From: Methanoregula sp.
GTDB taxonomy: Archaea; Halobacteriota; Methanomicrobia; Methanomicrobiales; Methanospirillaceae
Assembly (NCBI GenBank): GCA_039698055.1
Contig: JBDKTL010000039.1
Coordinates: 1 to 64,000, forward strand
Direction: 5' to 3'
DNA: 64,000 nucleotides
This document shows, in pieces, positions 42,404 to 52,726 of this stretch. Both the position numbers and the translations under genes were made by a program. The first letter of the stretch is position 1. Each line of letters begins with the position of its first letter. Below the pieces are notes generated by a model that ran no database searches, was not told the DNA's origin, and was given only the letters and a program-made list of their open reading frames with translations.

Positions 42404-42832
42404 ATGACAAAATTCTGTCCCAATTGCGGAAAACCGGTAACTGATGATATTACAAAAATATGCTCAAATTGTGGAACCGACCTGACTAATCCCGGGTTAA
42501 ATGAGCAACATCAAAATTTCAACCGCATAACCTCGACCCGGTCTGAAATATTTGAAAAGGCTATCCCATTTTTTGCGACTAAAAAATATGCAATTCAAAC
42601 ACAAACGGATTATTTAATCTCATTCGAATCTCAGGATCGTGATGTAAACTGGATTATTTTTGTAATCTTTTGTTGTTGTGGGCTTATTCCCGCTGCAATA
42701 TACTATTACTGGTTTACCCATAAACATCAGATTACGATCTCTTTAAGCGGAGCGACTGATGTACACGCTTCGGCCATTGGAAATACAGACCAGGCAAAAA
42801 AGGATGCAGCAGAATTCATGAAGATGTTTTAA
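42404..42832 (+). CDS. Zinc-ribbon membrane protein
   Basis: FCPNCG...ICSNCG plus one TM region; GGAGG RBS; AT-rich. Confidence 0.78.
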   Translation: MTKFCPNCGKPVTDDITKICSNCGTDLTNPGLNEQHQNFNRITSTRSEIFEKAIPFFATKKYAIQTQTDYLISFESQDRDVNWIIFVIFCCCGLIPAAIYYYWFTHKHQITISLSGATDVHASAIGNTDQAKKDAAEFMKMF

Positions 42833-42868
42833 TTTTTTTTAACAATATCCTGAATTCTATTTTTTTAG

Positions 42869-43303
42869 TTACAAGACTTTATTGCACTCTTTATTGAATT
42901 TACTCTTAATTGAATAAAATCTCAAGAAAAGATAGACCCCTGCACCAGACATCAAAATAAGAATTGCCAACCATTTGCCATTAATAAATGCCCAATATAA
43001 CCCACCTATACCAAAACCTAACGCTACGCCAGCAACAACTCTGCCAAAGTGTTGAATCAGGATATTTTTTGATAATCTCCGGAATTGCGACAGTATCGCA
43101 AATACCAAAGAAAAAAATATACTCTCGAATCCTGACGGTTTGAGAAGGAGTAACACGAGTAGTGCTGTTGGATACCCCAACAGACATCCCGCACATATCC
43201 TTCTATCGAATAAAATAATCACATCGTCTTTAAAACAAGGAAGATTTGGATGGTGAGAAAGTAAAAGTTCTTTAAACTCTTCCGGGCTTAAAGAGATTCG
43301 CAT
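42869..43303 (-). CDS. Membrane protein, DUF2085-like
   Basis: LLSHH...RICAGCLLGY followed by several TM helices. Confidence 0.65.
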   Translation of the reverse strand: MRISLSPEEFKELLLSHHPNLPCFKDDVIILFDRRICAGCLLGYPTALLVLLLLKPSGFESIFFSLVFAILSQFRRLSKNILIQHFGRVVAGVALGFGIGGLYWAFINGKWLAILILMSGAGVYLFLRFYSIKSKFNKECNKVL

Positions 43304-43467
43304 ACTAGTTATAAAACAACCCGATAATTGAGGTTTTCGTCAATAAACCCTATTTTTGACGTCTCATGAGTGTTAAAAATCACAGGCAATCCTTTTTGAT
43401 GAAATCGCAGTTGATAATGGATTAAAAAAAATGTTCAGGCCGGATCCGGCCAGCCTCACGGTTGTTT

Positions 43468-43785
43468 TTATGAAAATTCTTCGTACACCCTGACGGAGAC
43501 CGGCAGGATCTCCGGGCGTGTGTCGCTCATGATATACACGTAGCTCATGACATGCACGAGATACTCAAGATAGCCTTTTGCGACATTGGACAACGATTCG
43601 TTCCTGCACCCGAGAATCAGGATGTGGAACCACTGGATAAAGAGGCAGATGAACGCGATGATCCCATAGACCCAGGCAACAATGCCAATGAGGATCCAAT
43701 AGACGATACGGATGAGGAGTTCAAGACGCCCGGCGTCATGTTCGAACACAAAGAGCTGTTTTTTTGTTCCGGTTTCTTCTGTCAA
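43468..43785 (-). CDS. DUF4389-like membrane protein (start approximate)
   Basis: RLELLIRIVY, IQWFHILILG and YVYIMSDTRP motifs. Confidence 0.7.
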   Translation of the reverse strand: MTEETGTKKQLFVFEHDAGRLELLIRIVYWILIGIVAWVYGIIAFICLFIQWFHILILGCRNESLSNVAKGYLEYLVHVMSYVYIMSDTRPEILPVSVRVYEEFS

Positions 43786-43965
43786 GGGGTACACCCCGTT
43801 TGGGAATGTGCCGTGAAATGGTATAATACCTGTGGGTATGTGGCGACACACCCGGAGGCGGGCACGGGAAATCCCATAAACACCGGGTTGTGCTTCCGGG
43901 ACGCGGGGGAGTACAGCATTTTTTAATACGATGATGACAGACATTATAGAGCATCAGGCAGATGC

Positions 43966-44039
43966 GGGCTCGTGGTCTAGTTGGCTATGACGTCGCCTTG
44001 ACATGGCGGAGGTCCTGAGTTCGAATCTCAGCGGGCCCA
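43966..44039 (+). tRNA. tRNA-Val(GAC)
   Basis: Acceptor stem GGGCTCG/CGGGCCC, anticodon arm TCGCC-TTGACAT-GGCGG, T-loop GTTCGAATC. Confidence 0.97.
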
Positions 44040-44565
44040 TCGTTTTTCCCGGTTTTACCGGAAATGAAGACTGTTTTTATTATTCCCGTGCTCATCGCGG
44101 ATCGGATTTTGTGCATCCGGCTGGGAAACAACAGATCTCTCCGGGGCGTTCCCGGCTTTCATCCCGCTGCCGTAACACCGGGTACCAGCGGGATTATTGG
44201 TGACAAGGTATCCCTTAAGGGACCGGTGCGATGGCGACGGGCCCCATTTTTTAAGAAATTATGCTCTGTATTTAAATCCGTTGCTTTCTAAACGATGGTC
44301 ATTACCGGGTGCGAAACCATGAACCCATTCCACACATGAACCCTGGGATTCATCCGGGCTCCTTTTTGTGGGGCCTCTTCACCGATCCAGAATCCTGCAC
44401 TGGTAAAAAAGTCCGGGTGTGCCAGTTTTGCACACCGGGTGGGGAAAAAAAGAAAATACCGGAGAATGATTTTCACCATGAACGGAGTAAACGGGAATCA
44501 TGAGGCGCCCGATGGCAGCCTCAACGTGAACGGCGCACAGGTCTTTTATCCAGACGGGTGGTGCG

Positions 44566-46872
44566 ATGAACGCTGAAGAGACGCTCAATGTCGCGGTGGT
44601 GGACGATGTCCACCAGACCGACACGCCGCAGGGACGGGCAATCCAGAGGATCATTGACGGGCTCCGTGAATTCGGTATTAAGGTGGGCGCAGTAGCGTCT
44701 CCCGATGATGCCCGGGCTGCCTACTCCGCCCTTGCGGAAATTGACTGCATCCTGATAAACTGGAACGTCGGGGGAGATTCTCCCGCACGATACCAGACAA
44801 TAGAAAGTCTCATCGATGAAATACGGGCGCGAAATGAAAAGATACCCATATTCCTCATGGGCGAACCGACAACGGCTCCTCCGGTCGCTCTTACCATCAA
44901 CATGATCCGGGAGATCAACGAGTATATCTGGGTCATGGAAGACACCCCGGCATTTATCGCGGGGCGCATCAGGGCTGCGGCAAACCGGTACCGCGACCAG
45001 CTCCTTCCGCCGTTCTTTAAGGAAATGGTAAAATTCTCCAAAGATTTTGAATACTCATGGCATACCCCGGGCCACACCGGCGGCACGGCATTTTTAAAAT
45101 CCCCGTCCGGCCGGGCATTTTACCGGTTCTTTGGCGAACAGATCTTCCGGTCTGACCTTTCCATATCGGTGGGGGAGCTTGGCTCGCTCCTTGACCATTC
45201 CGGGCCGGTCGGAGAGGCAGAGCGCTATGCGGCAAAAGTGTTTGGCGCCGATATGTCCTATTTTGTCACCAACGGCACATCCACGGCAAACAAGATCGTC
45301 TTTTTTGGCCGGGTGACCAAAGACGACATCGTCCTTGTGGACCGGAACTGCCACAAGTCTGCCGAACATGCCCTCACGATGACTCATTCGGTCGCTGTCT
45401 ACATGATGCCGACCCGGAACCGGTACGGCATTATCGGCCCGATCCCCCCGGGCGAGATGACGCATGAGGCGCTGAAAGCAAAAATTGCCGCATGCCCGCT
45501 GTCAAAGACTGCCAAAAACAAGACCCCCGTCCACGCGATCATCACCAATTCGACGTATGACGGGCTCTGCTACCATGCGGCACAGGTCGAGGAGGTGCTC
45601 GGCAAAAGCGTGGACAGCATCCACTTTGACGAGGCATGGTATGGCTACGCACGGTTCAACCCGTTCTACCGGGAGCGGTTTGCCATGCGTGACGGCGCAA
45701 AGGATAAAAACGGCCCGACAGTTTTTGCAACCCAGTCCACGCACAAACTGCTGGCGGCATTCTCGCAGGCGTCGATGATCCACATCAGGAACGGGCGGGT
45801 GCCAATCGAGCACGACCGGTTCAACGAGGGGTTCATGATGCACAGTTCCACCTCCCCCTTCTACCCCATCATCGCGTCCCTTGATATTTCCACAAAGATG
45901 ATGGACGGTGCATCCGGCACCATCCTTACTACCGAGTCCATCGAGGAGGCTATACGGTTCCGGCGCACGATGGCCCGTATAAAAACCGAGATCGGTACCG
46001 GGAAGACTGCTGCCGACTGGTGGTTTTCGATGTGGCAGCCGGATACGGTCACCGACCCGAAAACCAAAAAGAAGACCGGGTTTGCCGATGCATCGCTGGA
46101 CACCCTCCGCGACAATCCGTCCTGCTGGGTCCTTCACCCGCACGAAAAATGGCACGGGTTTGACGGGCTGCCGGACAACTACTGCCTGCTTGACCCGATC
46201 AAGGTCACCGTGCTCACGCCCGGCGTCAACGATAACGGGTCGCTTGCCGGCTGGGGAATACCGGCAGCCATCGTTGTCAAATTCCTCGACACCCGGGGCA
46301 TCGTCAACGAGAAGTCCGGCGATTACAGTATCCTGTTCCTCTTCTCGATGGGCATTACGAAAGGAAAGTGGGGGACGCTGATTGCCGAGCTCTTCGAGTT
46401 CAAGCGCATCTACGACGAGGACATCCCGCTTGAGGAAGTATTTCCCGATCTTACCACCGGCTACCCGGACCGGTATGGCGGCATGACCCTGCAGGGCCTT
46501 GTCCGGGAGATGCATGCGTTCAAGAAAGACCATGCGATGTGCGACCTGCTCCAGAAAGCATTCTCCTCCCTGCCTGAGCCGGCAGTCACGTATGCAGAGG
46601 CGTTTGGCAGACTGGTGAGAAACGAGGTTGAATACCTCCCCATCGCACAAGCCGGAAACCGGGTCGTTGCTACCGGCATCGTGCCCTACCCGCCGGGCAT
46701 TCCCCTCCTTGCCCCGGGCGAACGGGCCGGAAAACAGTCGGGGCCGGTCCTCCAGTACTTAAAATCCCTGCAGGATTTTGACCGGCGGTTCCCGGGCTTT
46801 GAACACGATACGCATGGTGTCGAAAATGTCAAGGGAGAGTATATGATGTATGTTCTTAAGGAGAAGAAATGA
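44566..46872 (+). CDS. Orn/Lys/Arg decarboxylase (AdiA/CadA-like, with wing domain)
   Basis: WHTPGHTGG, VTNGTSTAN, DRNCHKS, HFDEAW, TQSTHKLL (PLP lysine) and VPYPPGIP motifs. Confidence 0.93.
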   Translation: MNAEETLNVAVVDDVHQTDTPQGRAIQRIIDGLREFGIKVGAVASPDDARAAYSALAEIDCILINWNVGGDSPARYQTIESLIDEIRARNEKIPIFLMGEPTTAPPVALTINMIREINEYIWVMEDTPAFIAGRIRAAANRYRDQLLPPFFKEMVKFSKDFEYSWHTPGHTGGTAFLKSPSGRAFYRFFGEQIFRSDLSISVGELGSLLDHSGPVGEAERYAAKVFGADMSYFVTNGTSTANKIVFFGRVTKDDIVLVDRNCHKSAEHALTMTHSVAVYMMPTRNRYGIIGPIPPGEMTHEALKAKIAACPLSKTAKNKTPVHAIITNSTYDGLCYHAAQVEEVLGKSVDSIHFDEAWYGYARFNPFYRERFAMRDGAKDKNGPTVFATQSTHKLLAAFSQASMIHIRNGRVPIEHDRFNEGFMMHSSTSPFYPIIASLDISTKMMDGASGTILTTESIEEAIRFRRTMARIKTEIGTGKTAADWWFSMWQPDTVTDPKTKKKTGFADASLDTLRDNPSCWVLHPHEKWHGFDGLPDNYCLLDPIKVTVLTPGVNDNGSLAGWGIPAAIVVKFLDTRGIVNEKSGDYSILFLFSMGITKGKWGTLIAELFEFKRIYDEDIPLEEVFPDLTTGYPDRYGGMTLQGLVREMHAFKKDHAMCDLLQKAFSSLPEPAVTYAEAFGRLVRNEVEYLPIAQAGNRVVATGIVPYPPGIPLLAPGERAGKQSGPVLQYLKSLQDFDRRFPGFEHDTHGVENVKGEYMMYVLKEKK

Positions 46873-48296
46873 GTGAAGAAGCAGCCGGCGGCCTGCCGTC
46901 AAAAAAAGTGCTGGGCCTCTTTGCCCTTGCGATGATCAACGTCGCGGCGGTCCTGAGCATCAGGAATTTCCCCTCCATGGCGGTGTACGGCTGGTCGTGC
47001 ATCGGCTGGTATATCCTTGGGGCAGTCCTGTTTTTGATCCCCATATCCCTAGCCGGTGCTGAACTTGCAACCGGCTGGCCGCAGGGAGGCGGTGTCTATG
47101 CGTGGGTCAAGCAGGCATTCGGGGAAAAGGGCGGGTTTACCGCTTTGTTCTGCGAATGGTCAAACAACCTTGTCTGGTTCCCGACGGTTCTTTCCTTTAT
47201 CGCGTCCACCCTTGCGTTTGCCCTGACCCCGGCGCTTGCGAACAGTTCGTGGTACATGTTCAGCGTGATGATGATCGCGTTCTGGGGGACGACGGCCATT
47301 GCGTATTTCGGTGAGGAAACGTCGACAAAATTCGGCAACTTTGGTGTCATCATTGGCAGCATCATCCCTTCGATCCTGATCATAATATTAGGCGTCTGGT
47401 GGACCACGTCGGGAGCGGCGATTGTTCTCCCGCCGTTTTCGTTATCGGCGATTGTCCCCACCATATCCCTTGCAACGCTGCCGTTCTTTGCCACCATCAT
47501 CCTGCTCTTTGCCGGCATGGAGATGGCAGGGTTCCACGCGCTGGAGACCAAAAACCCCCAGAAGGATTTCCCGATGGCGATGGCCGTGTCCGCGATCATT
47601 ATTGTCGTGTGCACCGTGCTTGCGACCCTTGCAATCGCCTTTGTCATCCCGGCAAACCAGCTCAATCTTGCTTCGGGCGTCATGCAGGCCATCGAGTACT
47701 TCTTCAAAGCCGCCGGCATGCCCGGGCTCGTGGCCCCCATGGCAGTGCTTATCACCCTTGGCGGGGTGGTCTCGCTTGCGGCATGGCTGATTGGCCCGGC
47801 AAAGGGACTGGGGGTTGTGGCCGAGGAAGGTAACATGCCCCCGATGTTTGACCGCACCAACAAGTACGGGGCTCCCGTTGCAGTACTTGTCGTCCAGGCA
47901 CTGATCGGTTCGGCCATCTCCCTGCTCTACGTTTTCCTGCCGTCGGTCAACCAGGCATACTGGATCCTGTCCGCGATGACGGTCGAACTCCTGTGCATCG
48001 TGTATATCCTTGTCTTTGCCTCGGTGATCAAGCTCCGGTACAGCCAGCCCGATACCCCCCGGCCCTTTAAAATCCCCGGCGGGATGGCAGGGATCTGGAT
48101 TGTCGGGGGACTGGGACTCTTTGGCACGGCATTTGCTTTTATTGTCGGGCTCATGCCGCCGTCATACTTCCCGACAAGCGGCTGGGTGTACGTGGGTTCG
48201 GTGCTGCTTGGCACCTTCCTTCTTGCCGTGCCGCCGCTGGTATTTTTGAAATGCAAAAAACCCGGCTGGCTAAAAAAGGCAGGTGACCGGCAATGA
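46869..48296 (+). CDS. APC amino-acid permease/antiporter (GadC-like)
   Basis: AELATGWPQGGGVYAWV, FAGMEM and RPFKIPGG motifs; about 12 TM; ATGA overlap with the decarboxylase gene. Confidence 0.9.
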   Translation: MSEEAAGGLPSKKVLGLFALAMINVAAVLSIRNFPSMAVYGWSCIGWYILGAVLFLIPISLAGAELATGWPQGGGVYAWVKQAFGEKGGFTALFCEWSNNLVWFPTVLSFIASTLAFALTPALANSSWYMFSVMMIAFWGTTAIAYFGEETSTKFGNFGVIIGSIIPSILIIILGVWWTTSGAAIVLPPFSLSAIVPTISLATLPFFATIILLFAGMEMAGFHALETKNPQKDFPMAMAVSAIIIVVCTVLATLAIAFVIPANQLNLASGVMQAIEYFFKAAGMPGLVAPMAVLITLGGVVSLAAWLIGPAKGLGVVAEEGNMPPMFDRTNKYGAPVAVLVVQALIGSAISLLYVFLPSVNQAYWILSAMTVELLCIVYILVFASVIKLRYSQPDTPRPFKIPGGMAGIWIVGGLGLFGTAFAFIVGLMPPSYFPTSGWVYVGSVLLGTFLLAVPPLVFLKCKKPGWLKKAGDRQ

Positions 48297-48342
48297 AACC
48301 GATGAACGATATGGCTGGCATCATCCGGAACGGAGGAATTCC

Positions 48343-48789
48343 ATGAACACGCCTTCACGGCTCGAAACGGGACTCATCATGCTCATCATCCTTGTCGTGG
48401 TGATTCCCATCTGTGTTGTCACGCTTGTTTCAACAGAAGTGCCGTATTTCCGGGTTCCGGGTGAGCCGGTACATGACGCGGCACTGGCGTCCAACATCAC
48501 GATCACCCGTGTGGAGAACACGACCTGGAACCTGCCCGGCGCAACCGGGGGAAAGATCTACGTGCTCTCGGATAATTCAGGTGGCGTTACGATTGTTGAT
48601 ACCCAGGCATTTGACAGCGCCGAATCCCGGGATGCGGCGATCCGGCTCTACCATGCAAACCTGGTCGGCCACGGCCGGCCGGTCGGGCGGCTCTTTGTGA
48701 TCGGCCAGCACCTGGTCTATGTAATCCCCGCTGACAGCGAGATCCTGCACCGGCTTGCACCGGGCCTTAAAGCGGCAGCGACTCCGTAA
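48343..48789 (+). CDS. Membrane-anchored hypothetical protein
   Basis: GGAGG RBS and an N-terminal TM helix. Confidence 0.7.
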   Translation: MNTPSRLETGLIMLIILVVVIPICVVTLVSTEVPYFRVPGEPVHDAALASNITITRVENTTWNLPGATGGKIYVLSDNSGGVTIVDTQAFDSAESRDAAIRLYHANLVGHGRPVGRLFVIGQHLVYVIPADSEILHRLAPGLKAAATP

Positions 48790-49009
48790 TGTGGCACACC
48801 GGAGAGGGGTTTTCCTCCCCGGTTGTGGTGTTTTTTTTGGAATTTTTTATGAGACCGGGCCAGTTTCCGGAGCCGGGGGAGAGGGGGTGATGGGATTGTT
48901 CGTAGTTTTGAGCATATGTTCATTATTGTGAACAATGATAGTCTGGCGTTCCGGGTTTTCCCGGTCGGCACGGTGGGACAGGTATCCTGAATTATTGCAT
49001 GGGCTGTTC

Positions 49010-49411
49010 TTACTCATCGCACGCTTTTAAAGCGTGGTGGGCCTGGTTTTCCACGAGGTCTTTTTTGATTGCCATCTTTTTTATCTTTTCATTGAGGTTG
49101 GGGCTGCTCTCCATGAGGTGCCATTCCTTTCCACTCATCCCCATAAAGAAACCGCACTCCGAACATTTTGTCCAGGCTTCATACCGGTCTGGGAATTCTG
49201 CATGAAGGGCGGGTTTCCCGCACCTGGGGCAGATGAGTTTTTCCTGCGTGATCGAAAGGGTAACCTCGCTCTCCCGGTCATGGGGTTTGATCTTTCCCTC
49301 ACCCGGATCGGGTTCCTGTTCAAGGGCTTTTGCACTGCCGGACAGGTGATGGGGAGCCACGCTGCCGTCACCGCGGGCGAGCCGTTCCTTAACTTTTTCT
49401 ACGTCGGTCAT
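49010..49411 (-). CDS. Zinc-ribbon hypothetical protein
   Basis: CPRCG...CSECG; AGGAG RBS. Confidence 0.7.
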   Translation of the reverse strand: MTDVEKVKERLARGDGSVAPHHLSGSAKALEQEPDPGEGKIKPHDRESEVTLSITQEKLICPRCGKPALHAEFPDRYEAWTKCSECGFFMGMSGKEWHLMESSPNLNEKIKKMAIKKDLVENQAHHALKACDE

Positions 49412-49609
49412 TGTTGTGGTCTTCTCCTTTTTTTGGGGATGTTTATTATTTTTTGGTTATTTTAAAGAGACAAAAGATCATTTGCTGCCTTTAAGATAAC
49501 CACCATGGGGCGGGGGAGTATATCATGGTAACCGGGTAGTGCAGGATTTGGAATTGGGCCGGGGATGGGAGGTATCGATGCGTTCCGTCGCCGGTTTTCT
49601 CCCATCCCA

Positions 49610-49993
49610 TCACCCGGCATGTGCCGCCGGCCCTGCCCGGTTCAGGAACCAGCCAACCCCGACCGGGATCAGGAACACCAGTGCATAGTACAGGACCACA
49701 TCCGGGGCGTAATAGGTCGTGGCGTTGAACAGCCGCACGATGAACAGGTAGTCGAGCACGACCGCGATCAGCATCCATGCACCACCGACGCCGGCATAAT
49801 ACTTCAGGGGGAGGCGTTCCCGCTTCGCAAACCACCACCACGCGATAAGGATCGTGACGGGGGTAAAGATGGCCGTGATGATCCAGCCCATGGTACCGGA
49901 AAACGGCGTGAAATACAAGAGCATTGACGCGAGGTACCCGATAAGCCAGAGGAGGGTGCCAAGGCCCAGGGTGTCTTTGAAGACCGGGTGCAT
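49610..49993 (-). CDS. Hypothetical membrane protein (about 4 TM)
   Basis: Four hydrophobic segments. Confidence 0.7.
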   Translation of the reverse strand: MHPVFKDTLGLGTLLWLIGYLASMLLYFTPFSGTMGWIITAIFTPVTILIAWWWFAKRERLPLKYYAGVGGAWMLIAVVLDYLFIVRLFNATTYYAPDVVLYYALVFLIPVGVGWFLNRAGPAAHAG

Positions 49994-50171
49994 AGAACTA
50001 TTTTGGGTGACAAAGATGATGGGTTTTTCGGGAAATGGGGGTGTGATGCTCACACGGGGTTTCCCGGCCCCTCGCTGCAAAGGCCTTGTCCGGGTGGGTA
50101 TCCATACTCTTTTTTATCCCCATCGCCAAACAACTGGTACTGGGGGGAACGTTCTGGCATCGCAGGTTATT

Positions 50172-50480
50172 GTGCAGCGGAAGAGGAAAAGTCCGGTATT
50201 CCAGAAATTACAGGATGCAATACCGTCGATCCGCACACGGTACGGTGTGAAACGGATCGGGATATTCGGCTCATTCGCCCGCAGCGAGCAGACCCGTTCC
50301 AGCGATGTGGATGTACTTGTCGAGTTTGCCGATGGGCAGGCTACGTTTGACAATTTCATGCAGCTGGTCTATTTCCTTGAAGACCTTTTTAACCGGAAGG
50401 TGGATCTCCTGACGATCGGGGGAATTGACAAATACATCCGTTCCCGGGTGGAGCGTGAGGTGATCTGGGTTGAAGGATGA
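50172..50480 (+). CDS. MNT-type nucleotidyltransferase antitoxin (start approximate)
   Basis: IGIFGSFAR, SDVDVLVEF and LEDLFNRKVDL motifs. Confidence 0.88.
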   Translation: MQRKRKSPVFQKLQDAIPSIRTRYGVKRIGIFGSFARSEQTRSSDVDVLVEFADGQATFDNFMQLVYFLEDLFNRKVDLLTIGGIDKYIRSRVEREVIWVEG

Positions 50481-50622
50481 CCGGGTTTACCTCCAGCATA
50501 TCCTTGATGAGATGATGTACCTCGAGTCACTCCGGTCATCTGTCACTTATGAGGATCTCACCCATGACAAAACGACAGAACATGCGGTGACCCGGGCACT
50601 TGAGATTATTGGCGAAGCTTAA
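50470..50622 (+). pseudogene. Truncated HEPN/DUF86 toxin
   Basis: Translates MKDDRVYLQHILD...AVTRALEIIGEA then TAA; the catalytic RxxxxH half is absent. Confidence 0.8.
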
Positions 50623-50704
50623 CCGTTTTATCCAGATTTCCAGGAACCGGATTGGGAAAATATCCGCCCGGTAAAAAAATGTCGTAAATCTTTCTTTGAT
50701 CGGG

Positions 50705-50953
50705 TCATCCGCGACTGAGCATCCGGATCAATTCATCTTTTGATATTCCTTTCCAGATTGCAACTTTCGAGAGTATATCGTTCAATGTACCGGGCGCAAT
50801 CTCATCATGCATCGGAATAGTGATCGTATGCTCGCCAGCCGGCGTGACACATTTGAGTTGGGCATGGCTGCCCCGTTGCCGGACAAGATGATACCCGAGT
50901 TTAAAAAAGACCCTGATGAGATCTTTTCCGCTAACAACCGGAAGCCCGGGCAA
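50705..50953 (-). CDS. hicA: HicA family toxin
   Basis: RQRGSH, ITIPMHDEI and GTLNDIL motifs. Confidence 0.88.
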   Translation of the reverse strand: MPGLPVVSGKDLIRVFFKLGYHLVRQRGSHAQLKCVTPAGEHTITIPMHDEIAPGTLNDILSKVAIWKGISKDELIRMLSRG

Positions 50954-51155
50954 CAGTACCTACCTCGGTCTCAGAAATAGAGAGGATACGGATGCTCTCC
51001 CCTTTACCCAGTTCTTCATCAAAGTGGAGCTCGACAGCTTCACGGATATTTGCCATCAGCTCATCGAGAGTTTTCCCTTGCGTGAAAATATCGACACCGA
51101 TGCCCCGGCCGCACCAGTATTTGCCATCAGAATAAATTTCAAATTTGACGAGCAT
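50931..51155 (-). CDS. hicB: HicB family antitoxin
   Basis: IFTQGKTLDELMANIREAVELH. Confidence 0.88.
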   Translation of the reverse strand: MLVKFEIYSDGKYWCGRGIGVDIFTQGKTLDELMANIREAVELHFDEELGKGESIRILSISETEVGTVARASGC

Positions 51156-51251
51156 GAAAGCACATCTGCGATATGATATAGTACTGTTCTCCACAAGGGG
51201 CGATAATTCTTTTGTAGCAGGAAAATTTTCTTGTATCCGCACGCTGGCATT

Positions 51252-51452
51252 TCAATCCTTTTTTAAAGATTTATAGTGCTTTTTGGCTTCGTGGACCGAG
51301 AGGATCTCATCGCTCTCCGCCTCTTCCATGAATTTACCAAGCCCGTGATCTTCGATGATCGCTTCCATCCGGTTGAAGGTTTCAAGGTCGACAATCACCG
51401 CCTGCTTCTGGTTCCTGGCATCGGTGATGTATTTCCGGGGTATTGCTGTCAT
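51252..51452 (-). CDS. Small antitoxin-like protein; cognate toxin appears decayed
   Basis: 66 aa; KYITD...AVIVD...IEDHGL...ILSVHEA pattern typical of RelE-associated antitoxins. Confidence 0.6.
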   Translation of the reverse strand: MTAIPRKYITDARNQKQAVIVDLETFNRMEAIIEDHGLGKFMEEAESDEILSVHEAKKHYKSLKKD

Positions 51453-51525
51453 GCCTGTTTCTTTCCAGTGTTTATGCGGGAGAGAATAAAGGAGTTTCGT
51501 GTGGTGCGAGGGGGTCTGGCACTTC

Positions 51526-51570
51526 CACGGGGCTTCCCGCCCCCCGGCCGGCGTGGGCTGTAAGCCCGGA
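51526..51570. repeat. GC-rich intergenic repeat (related copies near 50053, 52287 and 53064)
   Basis: TCCCGCCCCCCGGCCGGCGTGGGCT here versus TCCCGCCCCCCGGCCAGCATGGGCT at about 53075. Confidence 0.65.
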
Positions 51571-51760
51571 CGATTTCATGCGATGGGTAAACAAACTCCC
51601 CGGAACTAAAAAAGGAGAACCGGGGATGCAATTGATGGTGCACCTTTTTGGATATTTTTTAAGACAGGGTGATAGCAAATATTTCATCTGAACGCGATAA
51701 AAGGAAAACAGGGATTATCGATTTACGATGAAAAGAATTTCCAAAAGACTGCACAAGCCC

Positions 51761-52267
51761 ATGAAAAACATTATTCTTATCGGGATGCCCGGCGCAGGGA
51801 AGAGCACCGTGGGAGTGATCCTTGCAAAGACGCTTGGGAAGAATTTTATCGATACGGATATCGCGATACAGGAAAAGTCCGGAAGGCTCCTGCAGGATAT
51901 TATTGATACGGAGGGGCCCGAAGCGTTCCTGGACCTTGAGGAGAAAACCCTGCTGGCGCTGGATTGTCACAACTCGGTCATTGCCACGGGGGGCAGTGTT
52001 GTTTTCAGCGGGAAAGCGATGGACTGCCTGAAGAGGGAGGGCGTTGTCGTTTACCTGAAGATCTCCTTTGATGAGATGGCGAGGAGGCTCAATAACATCA
52101 CGACCCGGGGAATTGTGTTAATTGCGGGCCAGAGTCTTCTGGATATGTATCGCCAGAGGATTCCCCTGTATGAGAAGTATGCCGATATCACGATCGATGG
52201 TGAAGGCGGGGAGTTTGAGGGGATTGTGGAGAGGGTTGTCGGGGAGATTGGTGGGTTCCGGAGGTAG
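51761..52267 (+). CDS. aroK: Shikimate kinase (bacterial AroK-type P-loop)
   Basis: LIGMPGAGKST, FIDTD, VIATGGS and RIPLYEKYAD motifs. Confidence 0.88.
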   Translation: MKNIILIGMPGAGKSTVGVILAKTLGKNFIDTDIAIQEKSGRLLQDIIDTEGPEAFLDLEEKTLLALDCHNSVIATGGSVVFSGKAMDCLKREGVVVYLKISFDEMARRLNNITTRGIVLIAGQSLLDMYRQRIPLYEKYADITIDGEGGEFEGIVERVVGEIGGFRR

Positions 52268-52498
52268 GGGGGTTTTACGCTCATAAGGGGCTTCGCCCCA
52301 CGGCCGTAGTGGGGTGGACCCGGGAAATGGTGAGGTGTCTCCCCCCGCAAAAATTCATCAACGTATCTCCCGTGCCCGGGCTTTGTGAAAGAATCCCGGA
52401 TTTTAATAACCGAACCTTCGCTCGTACTCTTTGTGCGGCAGCCATTCGATGATTAAAGCGATGACATTCTCGCCGTCTCCGGCTACCGTGTACATGAG

Positions 52499-52705
52499 TC
52501 ACCAGCTCTTGTGGAAATTATATTTCCAGAGGTTGTCAATCCCGTAGTGGGAACAGGTTTTTGGGATCAGTCGCTTGGGGACCTGAATGCCACAAAATGC
52601 GTCAAGCGCAATCGCATCAAAAGCGGTTTTTAACTCCCTAAAAAAGTTCTTTCTCCTCTGCTTTGCCGAGGTTGAGCGCTGAAAAAGCCTGGCGGGATTG
52701 TTCAT
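52499..52705 (-). pseudogene. Decayed RelE-like toxin fragment
   Basis: GIQVPKRLIPK...YGIDNLWKYN then an early stop; lies downstream of a small HTH-like gene. Confidence 0.5.
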
Positions 52706-52726
52706 CGATAAAAAAAAGGGCCGCCT

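Noticed and set aside
44020-44045. Possible attL/attR duplication of the tRNA-Val 3' end bounding an island
   Set aside because: I found no second copy of the tRNA 3' end and no integrase in the window; one could lie outside it.
45502-46650. 382-aa minus-strand ORF (similar cases at 4902-5693, 34061-35128 and 37623-38492)
   Set aside because: Antisense shadows of well-supported genes, produced by codon bias.
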